This document shows, piece after piece, positions 1 through 12,493 of a stretch of 64,000 nucleotides of DNA (within the stretch, counting starts at the first letter, position 1; each line of letters starts with the position of its first letter). Source of the stretch: Malacoraja senta (taxonomy: Eukaryota); NCBI GenBank assembly GCA_038087875.1, contig CM075993.1, positions 8,434,001 to 8,498,000 on the forward strand, written 5' to 3'. Under the pieces are notes generated by a model. It worked only from the letters and a program-made list of their open reading frames with translations, did no database searches and was not told the DNA's origin. The position numbers and the translations under genes were made by a program.

Positions 1-59
1 TGTACTTTCTTCACTATAGTACAGAGTTAGGAGGCACTGGAGAACATGCAGAAACAGGA

Positions 60-370
60 CGAAACTGGCAGGCAACAGATTACCTCTGGCAGGGAGATTC
101 CCTGATAGGCCGATTGTTGGTAAAGGATGGTGTGGTCTCAAGAGGGGATACATCATTGCAAATTGTGGAACGTTAACCTGCTTAAGTGGGGGAGGTGGGT
201 GGGGAGAAGAGGATGGGGGAGGAGAGTGTATGTTAAAGTTACCTAAAATTAGAGAATTCAACTCTCATACCGCTGGGTTGTAAACTACCCAAGCGAAATA
301 TGAGATGCTGTTCCTCCAATCTGTGGGTGGCCTCACTCTGGCAATGGAGGAGGCCCAGGATAGAAAGGTT
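60..370 (-). mobile_element. Penelope-like element fragment (GIY-YIG C-terminus plus 3' region)
   Basis: 230-370 is the reverse complement of the LEEQHLIFRLGSLQP-coding segment seen at 34940-35070. Confidence 0.7.
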
Positions 371-1140
371 ACTTTGTTTGGTATGGTTTTACCTTAATGG
401 TTTGGCCAGAAAGAAGGAGCGACTTCTCCCGCGGGGTGTTGCTGCTTGTTTGCCGGCTCAAGGAAGTGGTTGGAGCAATGAAATGACTGGTTCTTCCTTC
501 CCTTTCATTGACCATGGAGGGGAATCTTTAAGCTTCAGTGTACATCCAAGCACCGCAATGCTATCCATCAGAAAAAAGAACATCATCCCCTTAAAAGAAA
601 TGATTCAGGTGTGATTCCAGCTTCAACTATTTGGTGTCTACTTTATATTTGTGTGTTTTCATTTACTTTTGTCACTTTTTGTGGGTGGTGAATCATTTCC
701 TGATAGACTGGATTTCTGATCTGCAGGATGTTGGTTTGGTATTCTATTCTATGGCACTCTGCTTCTCCGCATGAATCTGTCTCTCCACCTCTTAGGTGCT
801 CATCCATCTTCTCCAGAGATGTTGCCTGACCAGCTGAGATACCACTGCTCTTTGTGTCTTTTTTGTGAAGCAGCATATTCAGTTCCTTGTGTCTACATTT
901 TGTGAGCCCTGCATTGAACAAAATTGTAAGTCAAGGCTGAAGGGGTGAAGAGGCACATCTTTGGATGTGCGCACCTCAGATGCAACGAGGAGAGTCCATG
1001 CACAGAAGTTTGCCATTTTCAGCTTAGAATTTGTTCCTTGTGTTCTCACTTGCGATTTATCAGCTCTCAGTCCCCTTAATTTTTCCAATCATTTCTCAAA
1101 GTGAGTGCTAATCTCCTTCAGCCCATTCTCTGTATACATA

Positions 1141-1270
1141 AGATAGACACAAAATGCTGGGGTAACTCAGCGGGACAGTCAGCATCTCTGGATAGAAGGA
1201 ATAGGTGACGTATCGGGTCGAGACCCTTCTTCAGACTCTGAAGGAATGGGTGACGTTTCGGGTTGAAACT
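1141..1270 (-). mobile_element. Penelope-derived short repeat (hammerhead-bearing terminal repeat) with partial duplication
   Basis: gatagacacaaaatgctgg...gggtcgagacccttcttcagact, followed by a second aaggaatgggtgacgtttcgggt. Confidence 0.8.
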
Positions 1271-2123
1271 TCTCTACGCACTTGTTGTGCCACTGTGTAC
1301 TTTGTGCTATCCGTGGGCAGGCACTGCATATTCATTTAATTTCTCTGTCATTTTCTTCATCCCCAATATAACTTTCTCTTGTTATCTTTAGATATTGCAC
1401 ATTAGTTGTACTTAATCTTTTCCTTTATACATGCCTAAAGAAGCTTTTACAATCTATTTTTAGATTTCCCGTGACGTTACTATCTATTACTATATTCTTT
1501 CTTCCTCTTTTTTTCATTGTCTTGTTCCTTTGCAAAGTAACCTGAAATGTTCACACACCACAGACTTACTGCTCTTTTTTGGCAGCATTGTAAGCCCTTC
1601 CTTTGATCTACCATTATCTTTAACTTCTATTGCTAGCCATATTTGGACCACTTTTAGTGCTGGGTTTTTGTGTCTGACGGAAATGTATTTGCTGTAGGTT
1701 ATGTCGTAATTCTTTAACATTGGTCATTGTTAACTACTGTCTTACCCTTGAGTTTAGCTTCCATTCTAATTCCATTCAAAATCAGCCCACCCCTCATCAC
1801 ATGGAAGTTGCATTGTTTATATTTAAGATAGATTTTTGGATTAGAGTAAATTACTTAAATTTTCTTTTCCAATATAAAATTCTATAATACCTGATCACTT
1901 TTCACAGAAGGTCCCTTAACTACATTATTAGTAATTTACCTTTTCTTATTGCACAAAATATAATAATGTGTTCCCTGGCTAGTCCCTCAAGAAAACTGAT
2001 TAATTCGTTTGAGATTGAACTAATTAAACTGCCATCTTGTGTTTTCTCCACATTATTACTGAGAGTTTGGTTTTCCCAGTCTACATGAAGATTCTTGCGT
2101 TATCCTTGTCTAATTTTCTGTCC

Positions 2124-2275
2124 ACGACAGAACATTGGTAAGATTAAGGTCAAGGAACCTGAAGCTCTCGGTCAATTCCACATCCTCACCATTGATGCTG
2201 ATCGGGCCATGTCCTCCTACCATACTTCCTGTAGTCGATAACTAGCTCCATCTTGCTAACATTCAGGGAAAAGGG
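2124..2275 (-). mobile_element. Degenerate Rex1/Babar LINE fragment
   Basis: Minus strand reads like ELVIDYRK...SINGEDVELTESFRFL, matching the region of ORF 2972..4267 after the RT core. Confidence 0.5.
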
Positions 2276-2454
2276 ACTGTGATGAGATGGAGATCAAGGG
2301 AGACGGAATGGCACGAGTGATGATGCCGCTGGCTGAGGGGATGGTGCAGGCTTGTTAATAATAACTAATCTCGTTGAAGGAGATGGAAATGGAAGGATCT
2401 AATTAAAAACGGGAGAGGATTAAAAAAGAAAATGGAGAAAACATGCTGGAACTG

Positions 2455-4506
2455 TCAGTGGACTCTATTCCTTGGAGGATGAGGGGTGATCTTATAGAGG
2501 TGTATAAGGTCATGAGAGGAATAGATCGGGTAGATGCACAGAGTCGCTTGCCTCAGAGTAGGGGAATCGAGGACCAGACGACATAGGTTTAAGGTGAAGG
2601 GGAAAAAATGTAATGGGAATCTGTGGGGTAACTTTTTCACACAAAGGGTGGTGGGTGTATGGAACAAGCTGCCAGACGAGGTAGTTGAGGCAGGGGTTCA
2701 AGTTCAAGTGAGTTTATTGTCATGTGTCCCTGATAGGACAATGAAATTCTTGCTTTGCTTCAGCACAACAGAACATAGAAGGCATTGACTACAAAACAGA
2801 TCAGTGTGTCCATATACCATTCTATAAATATATACACACATGAATAAATAAACTGATAAAGTGCAAATAACAGATAATGGGCTATTAATGTTCATAGTTT
2901 TGTCCGAGCCAAGTTTAATAGCCTGATGGCTGTGGGGAAGTAGCTATTCCTGAACCTGGTTGTTGCAGTCTTCAGGCTCCTGTACCTTCTACCTGAAGGT
3001 AGTAGGGAGATGAGTGTGTGGCCAGGATGGTGTGGGTCCTTGATGATACTGCCAGCCTTTTTGGGGCAGCAAGTGTGTGGCCAGGATGGTGTGGGTCCTT
3101 GATGATACTGCCAGCCTTTTTGGGGCAGCGACTGTGATAGATCCCCTCGATGGAAGGGAGGTCAGAGCCGATGATGGACTGGGTAGTGTTTACTACTTTT
3201 TGTAGTCTTTTCCTCTCCAGGGCGCTCAAGTTGCCGAACCAAGCCACGATGCAACCGGTCAGCATTCTCTCTACTGTGCACCTGTAGAAGTTAGAGAGAG
3301 TCCTCCTTGACAAACCGACTCTCCGTAATCTTCTCAGGAAGTAGAGGCGCTGATGTGCTTCAGAGATGTGCAAGCCCAGGAATTTAAAGCTCTTGACCCT
3401 TTCAACCATCGACCCATTGATATAAACGGAACTGTGGGTCCCCATCCTACTCCTTCCAAAGTCCACAATCAGTTCCTTGGTTTTGCTGGTGTTGAGGGCC
3501 AGGTTATTGTGCTGGCACCATATGGACAGTTGCTCGATCTCTCTTCTGTACTCTGACTCATCCCCATCAGTGATACGTCCCACAACAGCGGTGTCGTCAG
3601 CGAACTTGATGATGGAGTTCGCACTATGACCGGCTACGCAGTCATGAGTATAGAGTGAGTACAGCAGGAGGCTGAGCACGCAGCCTTGAGATGCTCCCAT
3701 GCTGATTGTTATCGAGTCTGACACATTTCCACCAATACGAACAGACTGTGGACTGAGAATGAGGAAGTCGAGGATCCAATTGCAGAGGGATACGCAGATA
3801 CCCAGTTCTGCGAGTTTGGTAACCAGCTTGGAGGGGATGATTGTATTAAATGCCGAGCTGTTGTCAATGAATAACAGCCTGACATATGAGTTTTTGTTGT
3901 CCAAGTGGTCCAGAGCAGAGTGGAGGGCCAGCGAGATCGCATCCACCGTTGATCTGTTGTGGCAGTAAGCGAACTGCAGTGGGTCCAGGTTTTTGTCGAG
4001 GTAGGAGTTGATTTGCACCATGATCAACCTCTCAAAGCACTTCATCACCACAGGCGTTAGTGCCACCGGTCGATAGTCATTGAGGCACGTCACCTTGCTC
4101 TTCTTGGGCACTGGTATGATTGATGCCCCTTTGAAGTAGGTGGGAACCTCAGACCTCAGAAGTGAGAGGTTGAAAATGTCCGTAAAAACTCCAGCCAGTT
4201 GGTCCACACAGGTTCTTAGAAAATGACCAGGTATACCATCAGGTCCAGGCGCTTTTCGAGGGTTCACCCCTCTGAAGGATTGCCTTCAGATTTTCGAGGG
4301 TTCACCCATCTGAAGGATTTTCGAGGGTTCACCCCTCTGAAGGATCCCAACATTTGAGAAACAGTTAGACAGGTACATGGATAGGACATGTTTGGAGGGT
4401 TATGGACCATATGCGGGCAGGTGGGACTAGTGTAGCTGGGACATGTTGGCCGGTGTAGGCAAGTTGGGCCGAAGGGCCTGTTTCCACATTGTATCACTCT
4501 ATGACT
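2455..4506 (+). mobile_element. CR1-clade LINE 3' fragment (2455-2695 and 4344-4506), split by a Rex1 insertion
   Basis: RTRRHRFKVKG...FFTQRVVGVWNKLP motif. The halves rejoin as gaggcaggg/atcccaacattt, compared with the uninterrupted copy at 33190-33222. Ends gggccgaagggcctgtttcc...ctctatgact. Confidence 0.85.
2697..4345 (-). mobile_element. 5'-truncated Rex1/Babar-clade LINE with reverse transcriptase ORF (2972..4267)
   Basis: [31 protein letters not shown] and KFADD motifs. 3' end is AATAAA followed by (CTTGAA)n. Confidence 0.88.
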
Positions 4507-4817
4507 GCAGTTTTTGGCCTTTCCAATGTACTTGTTACAGCAATTTTGTTTTTCTTAGTATTCCCCTCAGCATGGAAAATTCATTCTGAAATCCAGATGT
4601 CATTGCCATCTGCTCACCTTCCACAAATGGATTCTACATTCTGAAATGATCCAACGTATCAGGAAGGCTTTTTACAGGCCGAGTACTTTCAGTGGGAGCC
4701 GTGTTACATGGCCAGCAACCATGGAGATTTCTGATAAAATATCACTGACCTGAAGGATTCATTGTGATTCTACAGGAGCTAACTGTGCAGTTCATTGTCA
4801 CACTGTAGGCGCTAACA

Positions 4818-5121
4818 AGTTTAGTTTAGAGATACGTAGCAGAAACAGGCCCTTCGGCCCACTGAGTCTGCGCCAACCAGCGATCCTGTACACTAGCTCT
4901 ATCCTACACACTAGCTACAATTTCTAATTTTATCCAAGCCAATTAACCTACAAACCTGTTCGTCTTTGGAGTGTGGGAGGAAACCAGAGCACCTGGAGAA
5001 ATCTCAAAGGGTCACGGGGCAAACGTACAAACTCCGTACAGACAGCACCCGTAGTCCAGATCGAACCCGGGTCTCTGGCACTGTAAGACAGTAACTCTAC
5101 CACTGCACCACCGTGCTGCCC
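4818..5121 (-). mobile_element. tRNA-derived SINE (HE1/V-SINE-like)
   Basis: A box, B box (ggttcgatc), central gtgctccggtttcctcccaca-type domain, CR1-like tail and (CTAAA)n end. Confidence 0.85.
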
Positions 5122-6593
5122 TTGCTGAGTATTTATGTACAAGCTGAGTATTTCTGCATTTATTAATTTCCTTTAAACCTTGCTTGAAATCTGCTCTCGC
5201 ATTCAATTGGAAATTTATGATAGACCTCTGTGCACGCTGAGGAACTGAGATGTGTATGTCGATGGAGATGCTGTAACCTCCAACATATCTGCTCTCCTTG
5301 GAACCTCAATTCAGCACCATCTCTTAACTAAAATGGAGGGAGCTTTGGATGTTAAATTCTCCTGTTGAGCTCAGTGAAGAAATGCAGTGGATCCTGGGGA
5401 TCAGTGCTCTTTCAGTGGTCATTCTAGTGAAGGCATCTACATTGGAATAGAGGAGAACCTGAGGACTAATTGTCCATCAGCTTGCCCTTGAAACTCTGTC
5501 ATTCTTCTTGTTTTCTGTTCCTTTCTTATACCATTACTCATTGGCGCGCAACCTCACCCCACTTGCCCTCTACTGCCAAAGCAGCTGGTGTGAGATGACT
5601 GAACTGGGATGCAGAGACAGAATACGACAAGACTCTAATAATCGAATTCACCGCAACCAAATCTAGCTAAGCACTTGACCAGCTGCTTGGATGACCATAG
5701 GAACCGAGTCTCGAGCAATCACACAGGGGGTTGGCCACATAATAGAGGAATTAGCAGCGCATTCATGGTTCCTGGGAGCTAGTTTAATGCCTCAAATCCC
5801 CCAGTAGATTATTTGCACAAACACCACTTTGAAGTTAATTTTCAACATGGCAGCATATCATTTGGATCTATTCAGTCATCAATTCAGCACACAATTCTTG
5901 AATTAGCATCACAATATCAATTTGGTAATATTTTCTACTTCTGTAAATGCTTATTGTGCATTATCATAATTAATATTGTAAATGGGTGGGGAGAGAAGAA
6001 GCAGGTATATCAACACTTTTTGTTTTTTCTTTTCTTTTTTCCGTTTTTGTCTTTTTATTTCTTTAAAGTTTTTACTTACTCACTCTTTGACTCCACTCAT
6101 TTGGTAGTTTAGGGGTTCTATTCTTACACATTCACTTTCTCTTTCACTTTCTTTCTTTCTTGCTCTTCCTCTCTTTTTCTATTTCATCTTTGCTAAAATT
6201 AAAATGGAAGCTGTACAATAAATGTATTGTCATATGCCGAGGTTTATACTATTGTACACTGCTTCTAATAAAAATATAAATTTTAATAATAAAATAAAGA
6301 AAGTGAATGTTTGCCTATTCTGTTAAATCCCTCAGTTTACTATTTGTGGGTAGCACAGGGTACACGAGGATATCAGCACCCTGTGCAACAGTCATAGAGT
6401 CATTCAGCACAGAAACTGACCTTACATCATGTCCATGCCACCCTTATTATTTGGATTCTGGGAGCACTGTATTTTGTATCCTGCTTCTGTGTTGATCTTT
6501 TTTTGCTAACCCTGTTTTGCCTGGGAGGCTGAGTTCATAGTCATAGAGTAAAACAGCACGGGAATAGTTTACTTGGCCGACCTGCCCAAGATG

Positions 6594-6776
6594 TGTAAGA
6601 AAGAACTGCAGATGCTGGTTTAAATCAAAGGTAGACACACAATGCTGGAGTAACTCAACGGGTGAGGCAGCATCTTTGAAGAGACTGAAGAAGGGTCTCG
6701 ACCCGAAACGTCACCCATTCCTTCTCTCCAGAGATGCTGCTTCACCCGCTAAGTTGCTCCAGCAATTTGTGTCCAT
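6594..6776. mobile_element. Fold-back Penelope-derived insertion with 12-bp TSD
   Basis: Inverted arms. TSD ctgcccaagatg at 6582-6593 and 6777-6788. Confidence 0.85.
6685..6712 (+). ncRNA. Minimal hammerhead ribozyme motif
   Basis: CTGAAGA-A-GGGT(CTCG)ACCC-GAAA-CGTC with intact core. Confidence 0.6.
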
Positions 6777-7202
6777 CTGCCCAAGATGCCCGATCTAAGG
6801 TAGTTGCCCATATCCCTCATACCTTTCCTATCCATGTATGTGACCAATACTGTTGTAGTATCTGCCTCTACTACCTCAGCAAGCTTGTATTCCTGGGATG
6901 GCAGGACTGACATATGATGAAAGAATGGATTGACTGGACTTGTATTGACTGGAATTTAGAAGGATGAGAAGTGATCTTATAGAAACATATAAAATTCTTA
7001 AGGGATTGAAAAATGTTCCCCATGTTGGGGGTCCAGAACCAGGGGTCACAGTTTAAGAATAAGGGGTAGGCCATTTAGGACTGAGATGGCGAAAAACTTT
7101 TTCAGCTACAGAGTTGTGAATCTGTGGAATTCTCTGCCATAGTAGGCAGTGGAGGTCAATTCACTGGATGTTTTCACGTGATAGTTAGACATAGTTAGAT
7201 AT

Positions 7203-7298
7203 CAGTCTGAAGAAGGGTCTCGACCCGAAACGTCACCCATTCCTTCTCTCCAGAGATGCTGACTGACCCGCTGAGTTACTCCAGCATTTTGTGTCTAC
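7203..7298 (+). mobile_element. Penelope-derived short unit with 9-bp TSD
   Basis: TSD gttagatat at 7194-7202 and 7299-7307. Confidence 0.85.
7207..7234 (+). ncRNA. Minimal hammerhead ribozyme motif
   Basis: ctgaagaagggtctcgacccgaaacgtc with intact core. Confidence 0.65.
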
Positions 7299-7610
7299 GT
7301 TAGATATAGCTCTTAGGGCTAACGGAATCAAGGGATATGGGGAAAAAGCAGGAACAGGGTGCTGATTCTGGATGATCAGCCATGATCATATTGAATGGCG
7401 GTGCTGGCTCGAAGGGCCGAAAGGCCTACACCTGCATCTATTTCCTATGTTTCTATCCATCAACATTCAATCAGTAAATAAGCATGAATGCCCAGAAACC
7501 GGTTCCCAGAATTAATTGGCACCGTTAATGCACTTCAGATGCGAGAAGGTCAATTATGACTCTTGCATATAGTCAGTCGATTGTCAAACCAAAGCAACCT
7601 TGTGTATTTT

Positions 7611-8283
7611 AATAATAATAATAATAATACATTTTATTTATGGGCGCCTTATACCAAAGTCTCAAGGACACCTTACAGAGTTTAACAAGTAAGAAACATA
7701 TAATCGGAGTAAAATTAATTATAAAGACATCACCAGTACACAAATTATAGACAGAATTCGATCCAAAGACACAAAAAAATAAAAATCAGAAACACAACGT
7801 GAAGAGAGAGCAGCGGCAGCTAAACCGCACCAGCGTCCACTCTCCCTTCCGACCGCCATCTTGGACACAGACTAAAATAGACACTACAAACAAAAATCAT
7901 CCCCCCACAATGGTTACCACTGTGGGGGAAGGCACAATGTCCAGTCCCCATCCCCAGTTCTCCCACAGTCAGGCCTATTGAGGCCTCCGCTATTGCCTCT
8001 ACGCCGCCGAAGCTGAAGGTGCTGGGCGGTCCCCGTCAGGAAACGGCGCCCCACGCCCGCTGGTAGGTCACGAGGACGGGTCGACGGGGCAGCCCGGAGA
8101 AAAAGCTGCCTCACCGACCAGGTAGGGACCTAGAAATAAGGTTACCCCCTTGCCCCTACATTAAAAGTCTAGTTCTCCTACAGACAGCAAACAAGACTAA
8201 CTAAAACTACAAAAAAAAAAGTGAATTAAATGGACGGCTGCTGATTAGCAGCCGTTCACCAAGATGGCTCCTCCTCCAATGTA
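7611..8283 (-). mobile_element. GC-rich non-autonomous retroelement with L2-type 3' tail
   Basis: Shares its body with 24298-25111. Tail tgtaaggtgtccttgag...ataaataaaatg(tat)n resembles the L2 end at 39333-39400. Confidence 0.7.
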
Positions 8284-8452
8284 CTGAATGACCATTAACT
8301 GCTGCGATGAGGTTTTATGGCAGTTGGTGTGTGAGATTCAGCAGTTGTTTCACAATGAGATGAGATATTACAGCCAACTTGGGGAAACTTTGCTTTCTTT
8401 CTTGGATCTGAGATGATGAAAAATACGAGTGAGGATGGGATGATTTTAGCGA

Positions 8453-9040
8453 AGATAGACATAAAATGTTGGAGTAGCTCAACGGGACAGGCAACATCTC
8501 TGGATACAAGGAATGGGTGACGTTTTAGGTCGAGACCCTTCTTCAGACTGAGAGTCAGGGGAAAGGAGACACAGATAAGGAAGGGTAAAGTGCAAAAACG
8601 AGACATGAAAAGAGATGAAGATCAAGGAAAATGTAGAATAAATCATTCTAAGCCAGGCGAAGGTGACAACAAAGCAAACGGAAATAAAATGTAACCGGGC
8701 CAGTCAGACTGGTCAGAGAATGAGGAAGTAGGAGGGATGGAGAGAGAGGGAAGTTGGAGTTGAAGTCAAGTTACCGCTGCCCAAGCGAAACATGAGGTGC
8801 TGTTCCTCCAATTTGCGCTGGGCCTCACTCTGACATTGGAAGAGCCCCAGGACAGAAAGGTCAGTGTGGGAATGGGAGGGGGAGTTAAAGTGTTTAGCAA
8901 GCGGCAGGTCAGGTATGTTTAGACGGACTGAACGGAGGTGTTCAGCAAAACTATTGCCGAGCCTGCGCTTGGTCTCGCCGATATATAGGAGTCCACACCT
9001 TGGAACAGCGGATACAGTAGATGAGGTTGGAGGGAGGTGC
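8453..9040 (-). mobile_element. Penelope-like element 3' part: GIY-YIG endonuclease remnant, 3' UTR and hammerhead repeat
   Basis: ORF 8713..9096 contains RCGLLYIGETKRRLGNSFAEHLRSV...HFNSPSH...LEEQHLMFRLG, typical of PLE GIY-YIG domains. It is contiguous with the repeat at 8453-8550. Confidence 0.88.
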
Positions 9041-10404
9041 ATGTGAATGACTCGGAGATTCTGGACAGTGAATGAAGCTTTATTTTCCACTGTCAACCAA
9101 TGTTGGCATCTAACGCTGCCGATCTAATTTCTTTCGTAGCTGCTCAGAGTAAAAGTGGAAAATATGTTTGGGATTGCAAATATATGGCTTGTGTTCAAAT
9201 GCTTTGAAGTCTATATTTTTTGGCTGTAATTTATTTTTTCCCTGTTACTTGCATGTCATCACAATTTGATCCGTCACGGATTCATGTTGTTCCAGACAAA
9301 CTTGAAAATGTTTCAGTCGGAGATGAAAGCTGCCTCTTTGCTGTTACAGTAGTAACACTGTTGGGATTCTAAAGGTGCCACTCAAAGTTGCAGCAGGAGT
9401 TGACATTTTGTTTTGAAAGCTTTTCGTACTTCCTTCACAAGAAGTGACTATCTAGCTCCATAACCCCACTTGACATCATTTTATAAAGTCCTTTTCAAAT
9501 ATCTGTCCACTTACATTTTAAGTAATTTTTGACCCTCTCGCAATAGTATGAAAGTAAAACGGATTATAATCTTACCTGGTGGGGGTGGGGGGAGCACTCC
9601 AAACTTAAGTTTAAAATCTTGTTTTTGTCATCTGGTCTTGGCTGGAGAAGTATTTTCAACGTTGATTCCCAGTTTTAGTCAGCTGCCAGGGCAGTGGATG
9701 GCTGTAAACCTCTAGCATGGCCATTGCATATGGAATCCAGCTGCAACACATGATCAAAAAAATGCGGTGTTAACGCACACAACAAGGTCATTCAGCCTGT
9801 TATATCAGTGCTGATGTGTGGCAAAGGTTCCAAATTAATCCCCCCATTCAAGCCCAATGCACAACATTTTTGTTTCTTTCTCCAGCAGTCTCGGTCTAGT
9901 TCTCATCTGAATGTTATTCCATTTCAATCCATTCCATGAATCCATTTCAATCATCCTTTCAAACAGCAATTTGCTGCGTTAAATATATAAACTTCTCAAA
10001 CTCCTCTCCTCTCTGGTAACGTTGTCAACCTGATATCTGCATTGTTCTATTTCTGGCGTTCAGCCACTGGGAACATTCTCTCTTTCTCTCTTTCTTTAAC
10101 CCATAATTATTTTAGACTTCTTTCAAATCTTCTCTTCATCTCAGCTTTAATACAAACCCCAGACTCTGACCACATAATCAAAACCTGTCTGTCCTAGTAC
10201 CATTCTAGTAGATCTCTTACGCAACCTTTAAGTCCTGAACATCTGTCGTAAATTAAACACAATACCCAGGTCTTACTTGTTGAGTTCAACTTGTTTATTT
10301 TTGTACTTCTGCCTTTGATTAATGATCCCCTTGTTAATCATCCTAAGGATTACAGTTTTTTCTTTTTGACAACCTTCACAACTTGTCCTACCACCTTGAT
10401 CCTT

Positions 10405-10552
10405 CTATTCGGAGCTCCATCATGCCAAATGAAGTGATTCGGAAATGTCCTCAAACCTACCTTCAGAAAGTGCAGCAACTTCGGCTCATTAGAATGCCTG
10501 GCTCGTGACCGCTCACAATTGGGGAAAGAGCTTTCGACATAGCATTGAGAAC
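10405..10552 (+). mobile_element. Degenerate RTE-clade LINE 3' fragment
   Basis: Decayed LFGxLHH...VLKxxxxKC...LAxDRSxW-like coding remnant. Confidence 0.45.
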
Positions 10553-10572
10553 GTCCAGCCCCTTCATAGGAA

Positions 10573-10850
10573 GTGAAAGGCCTGGATAGAGTGGATGTGG
10601 AGGGGATGTTTCCACTTGTGGCAGAGTCTAGGACTAGAGGTAATAGCCTCAGAATTAATGGATGCTCCTTTAGGAAGGAGATGAAGAGGGATTTATTTAG
10701 ACAGAGAATGGTGAATCTGTGGAATTCAAAGCAACTGAAGGCTGTGGATGCCAAGACAACAGATATTTTAAGGGCAGAGATAGATTTATTCTTGATTAGT
10801 ACAGGGTCAGGGGTTACAGGGAGAAGGCAGGCGAACGGGGTTAAGAGGGA
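10573..10850 (+). mobile_element. CR1 LINE 3' fragment
   Basis: KGLDRVDVEGMFPLVAESRTRGNSLRI...QRMVNLWNS. Confidence 0.85.
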
Positions 10851-11234
10851 AAGCCTAATTCTGCACCTATCTCTTAGGAACACACAGATGCTCAGTGGCA
10901 AGAGAGAGGCATCTCTCAAATTAGCCACATGTCTGCCCGATCGACCATCTCCTGTCACATCTGGTTAGGTTTGCACATCTGTCATTGGTTTCATCAGTTG
11001 CTGCAGAATCTGGAAGCAACTCATTCTCAATCCTGAGGGACCTACCTAAGGGAAATAGAGAAATCATGAATAGACATCAACAGCCCCAGCTATCTTCCTT
11101 TGTGTCAGTATGACTCTGCCCATTGGAGTGTTATTTCTCCAGATGCCTGTTGACGTTACTTCTATTATGGTTCTTATGACTGAACTTGGTCAAATGCTGT
11201 TTTGACGGTTGTGGCTATTGGGTTCATTGACCTC

Positions 11235-11450
11235 TAGCCCTCGAGGCAGTGACCTCAGCCCAACTCTCAGCTGCTTCAATGACTTTCAATCATAATGCCA
11301 GAAGTGGGTGATGGTGATGCTGATGGTCGCAAAATGTTCAATTCCATTCACAAGTCTTCAGCAAACGAGGCAGTTATGATTTCATGGAGCATGACCAGGG
11401 CAGCATCCAAGCACAGGCTGGAATGGCAAAAATGACTCCTCGCCCACTCT
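11235..11450 (+). mobile_element. Old CR1-like RT remnant
   Basis: Decayed sequence resembling the PQGSVLGP..SCFINDL...ADD...IQAWA RT motifs. Confidence 0.45.
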
Positions 11451-11597
11451 CCAGCTCGCATGAGAGAGTCTTCCCTCTATTGCGATGCTCTACTTCACTC
11501 ATGTCTTTTTACGCTTCCCAGACTCGGACCTCAGCACATTCTTTTCACCAAGTTTCTTTAATGGAAGGTATCTCTCCACCTGGGTGATAAGTAGGGA

Positions 11598-11800
11598 ATT
11601 TAGTTTAGTTTGGAGATAGAGCTTGGAAACAGATCCTTTGGCAATTTACAGAAGCCAATTAATTGCAAACCTGTATGTCTTTGGGATGTGGGAGGAAACC
11701 GGAGAAAACCCACGCGGTCACAGGCAACATCCGAGTTCAGGATCGATCCCAGATCTCTGGCGCTGTGAGGCAACAGGTCTACCAGCTGCACCACTGTGTC
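11598..11800 (-). mobile_element. HE1/V-SINE-like SINE with internal deletion
   Basis: Same head and tail as 4818-5121. Confidence 0.8.
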
Positions 11801-12493
11801 AGGCAATGAAACTCCTTAAATCATTTGGTACATTTGCCTTTAACTTCAGATTTGATGTCTCTAGACCCCAGACTTGGAAAGTTGCTGGTAGGTGTGGGCA
11901 AAGGGCTGGTTTACTGAGGAAGATCATCTACATTGCAGCCGCTGATTGATTGGTAATGAAAGGTGTAGAGTGAGAGAAGCATGAAACAGAGAGAAATCTT
12001 TAACCACCTCGGCAGCCTGTGGGCTGTTTAACTAAATGCCCTATCATCTTCTACCACATTCCAAAGAGAAGTTCAAGAAAATTAAGTTGAAAGAATTGTT
12101 AAATAAACACTATCGCTTTACACCAGACCATGTTCATTCTTCAGAAGGGAGTGGATTGGACTGTTGTGCAATTACTAGATCATTGTTTGAGATGTGTTGG
12201 GTGTAACCATGTTGAAAGGCACCAGCACACAACCTCCCACTGTGTTACATGATGAGAGCACAGCTCGCTGTCACTGATGGGCCCTCGGGGCAGCTGAGCT
12301 GAGCTGGGTTCAGGGGGATACCTGGCGATTTCATGGACAGAGCAGGGGTTGACTCCGTTGAAATCTTTTGCTGTTTGATTTGAAAAAGTGGAATTGAAAG
12401 GAAAACAAAAGATGTAAAAGAAAGGTGGGGAAGGGTCTGTGGAGAATGGAAAGCAGGGAGATCTTCCCTTCGTAGGTAATGAAAGGTAAAAGA

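Larger units (their letters stand above)
6885..7456 (+). mobile_element. CR1 LINE 3' fragment interrupted by a PLE repeat
   Basis: Similar to 54625-55100; ends ctatgtttctat. Confidence 0.85.

Noticed and set aside
5980..6300. T-rich segment ending in AATAAA and an A-rich tail (possible L1/Tx1 3' end or poly(A) site)
   Set aside because: No second copy, TSD or coding remnant to support a call.
12249..12302. C/D-box snoRNA candidate (ATGATGA...CTGA)
   Set aside because: Too short, no convincing terminal stem or identifiable guide; such motifs are expected by chance.
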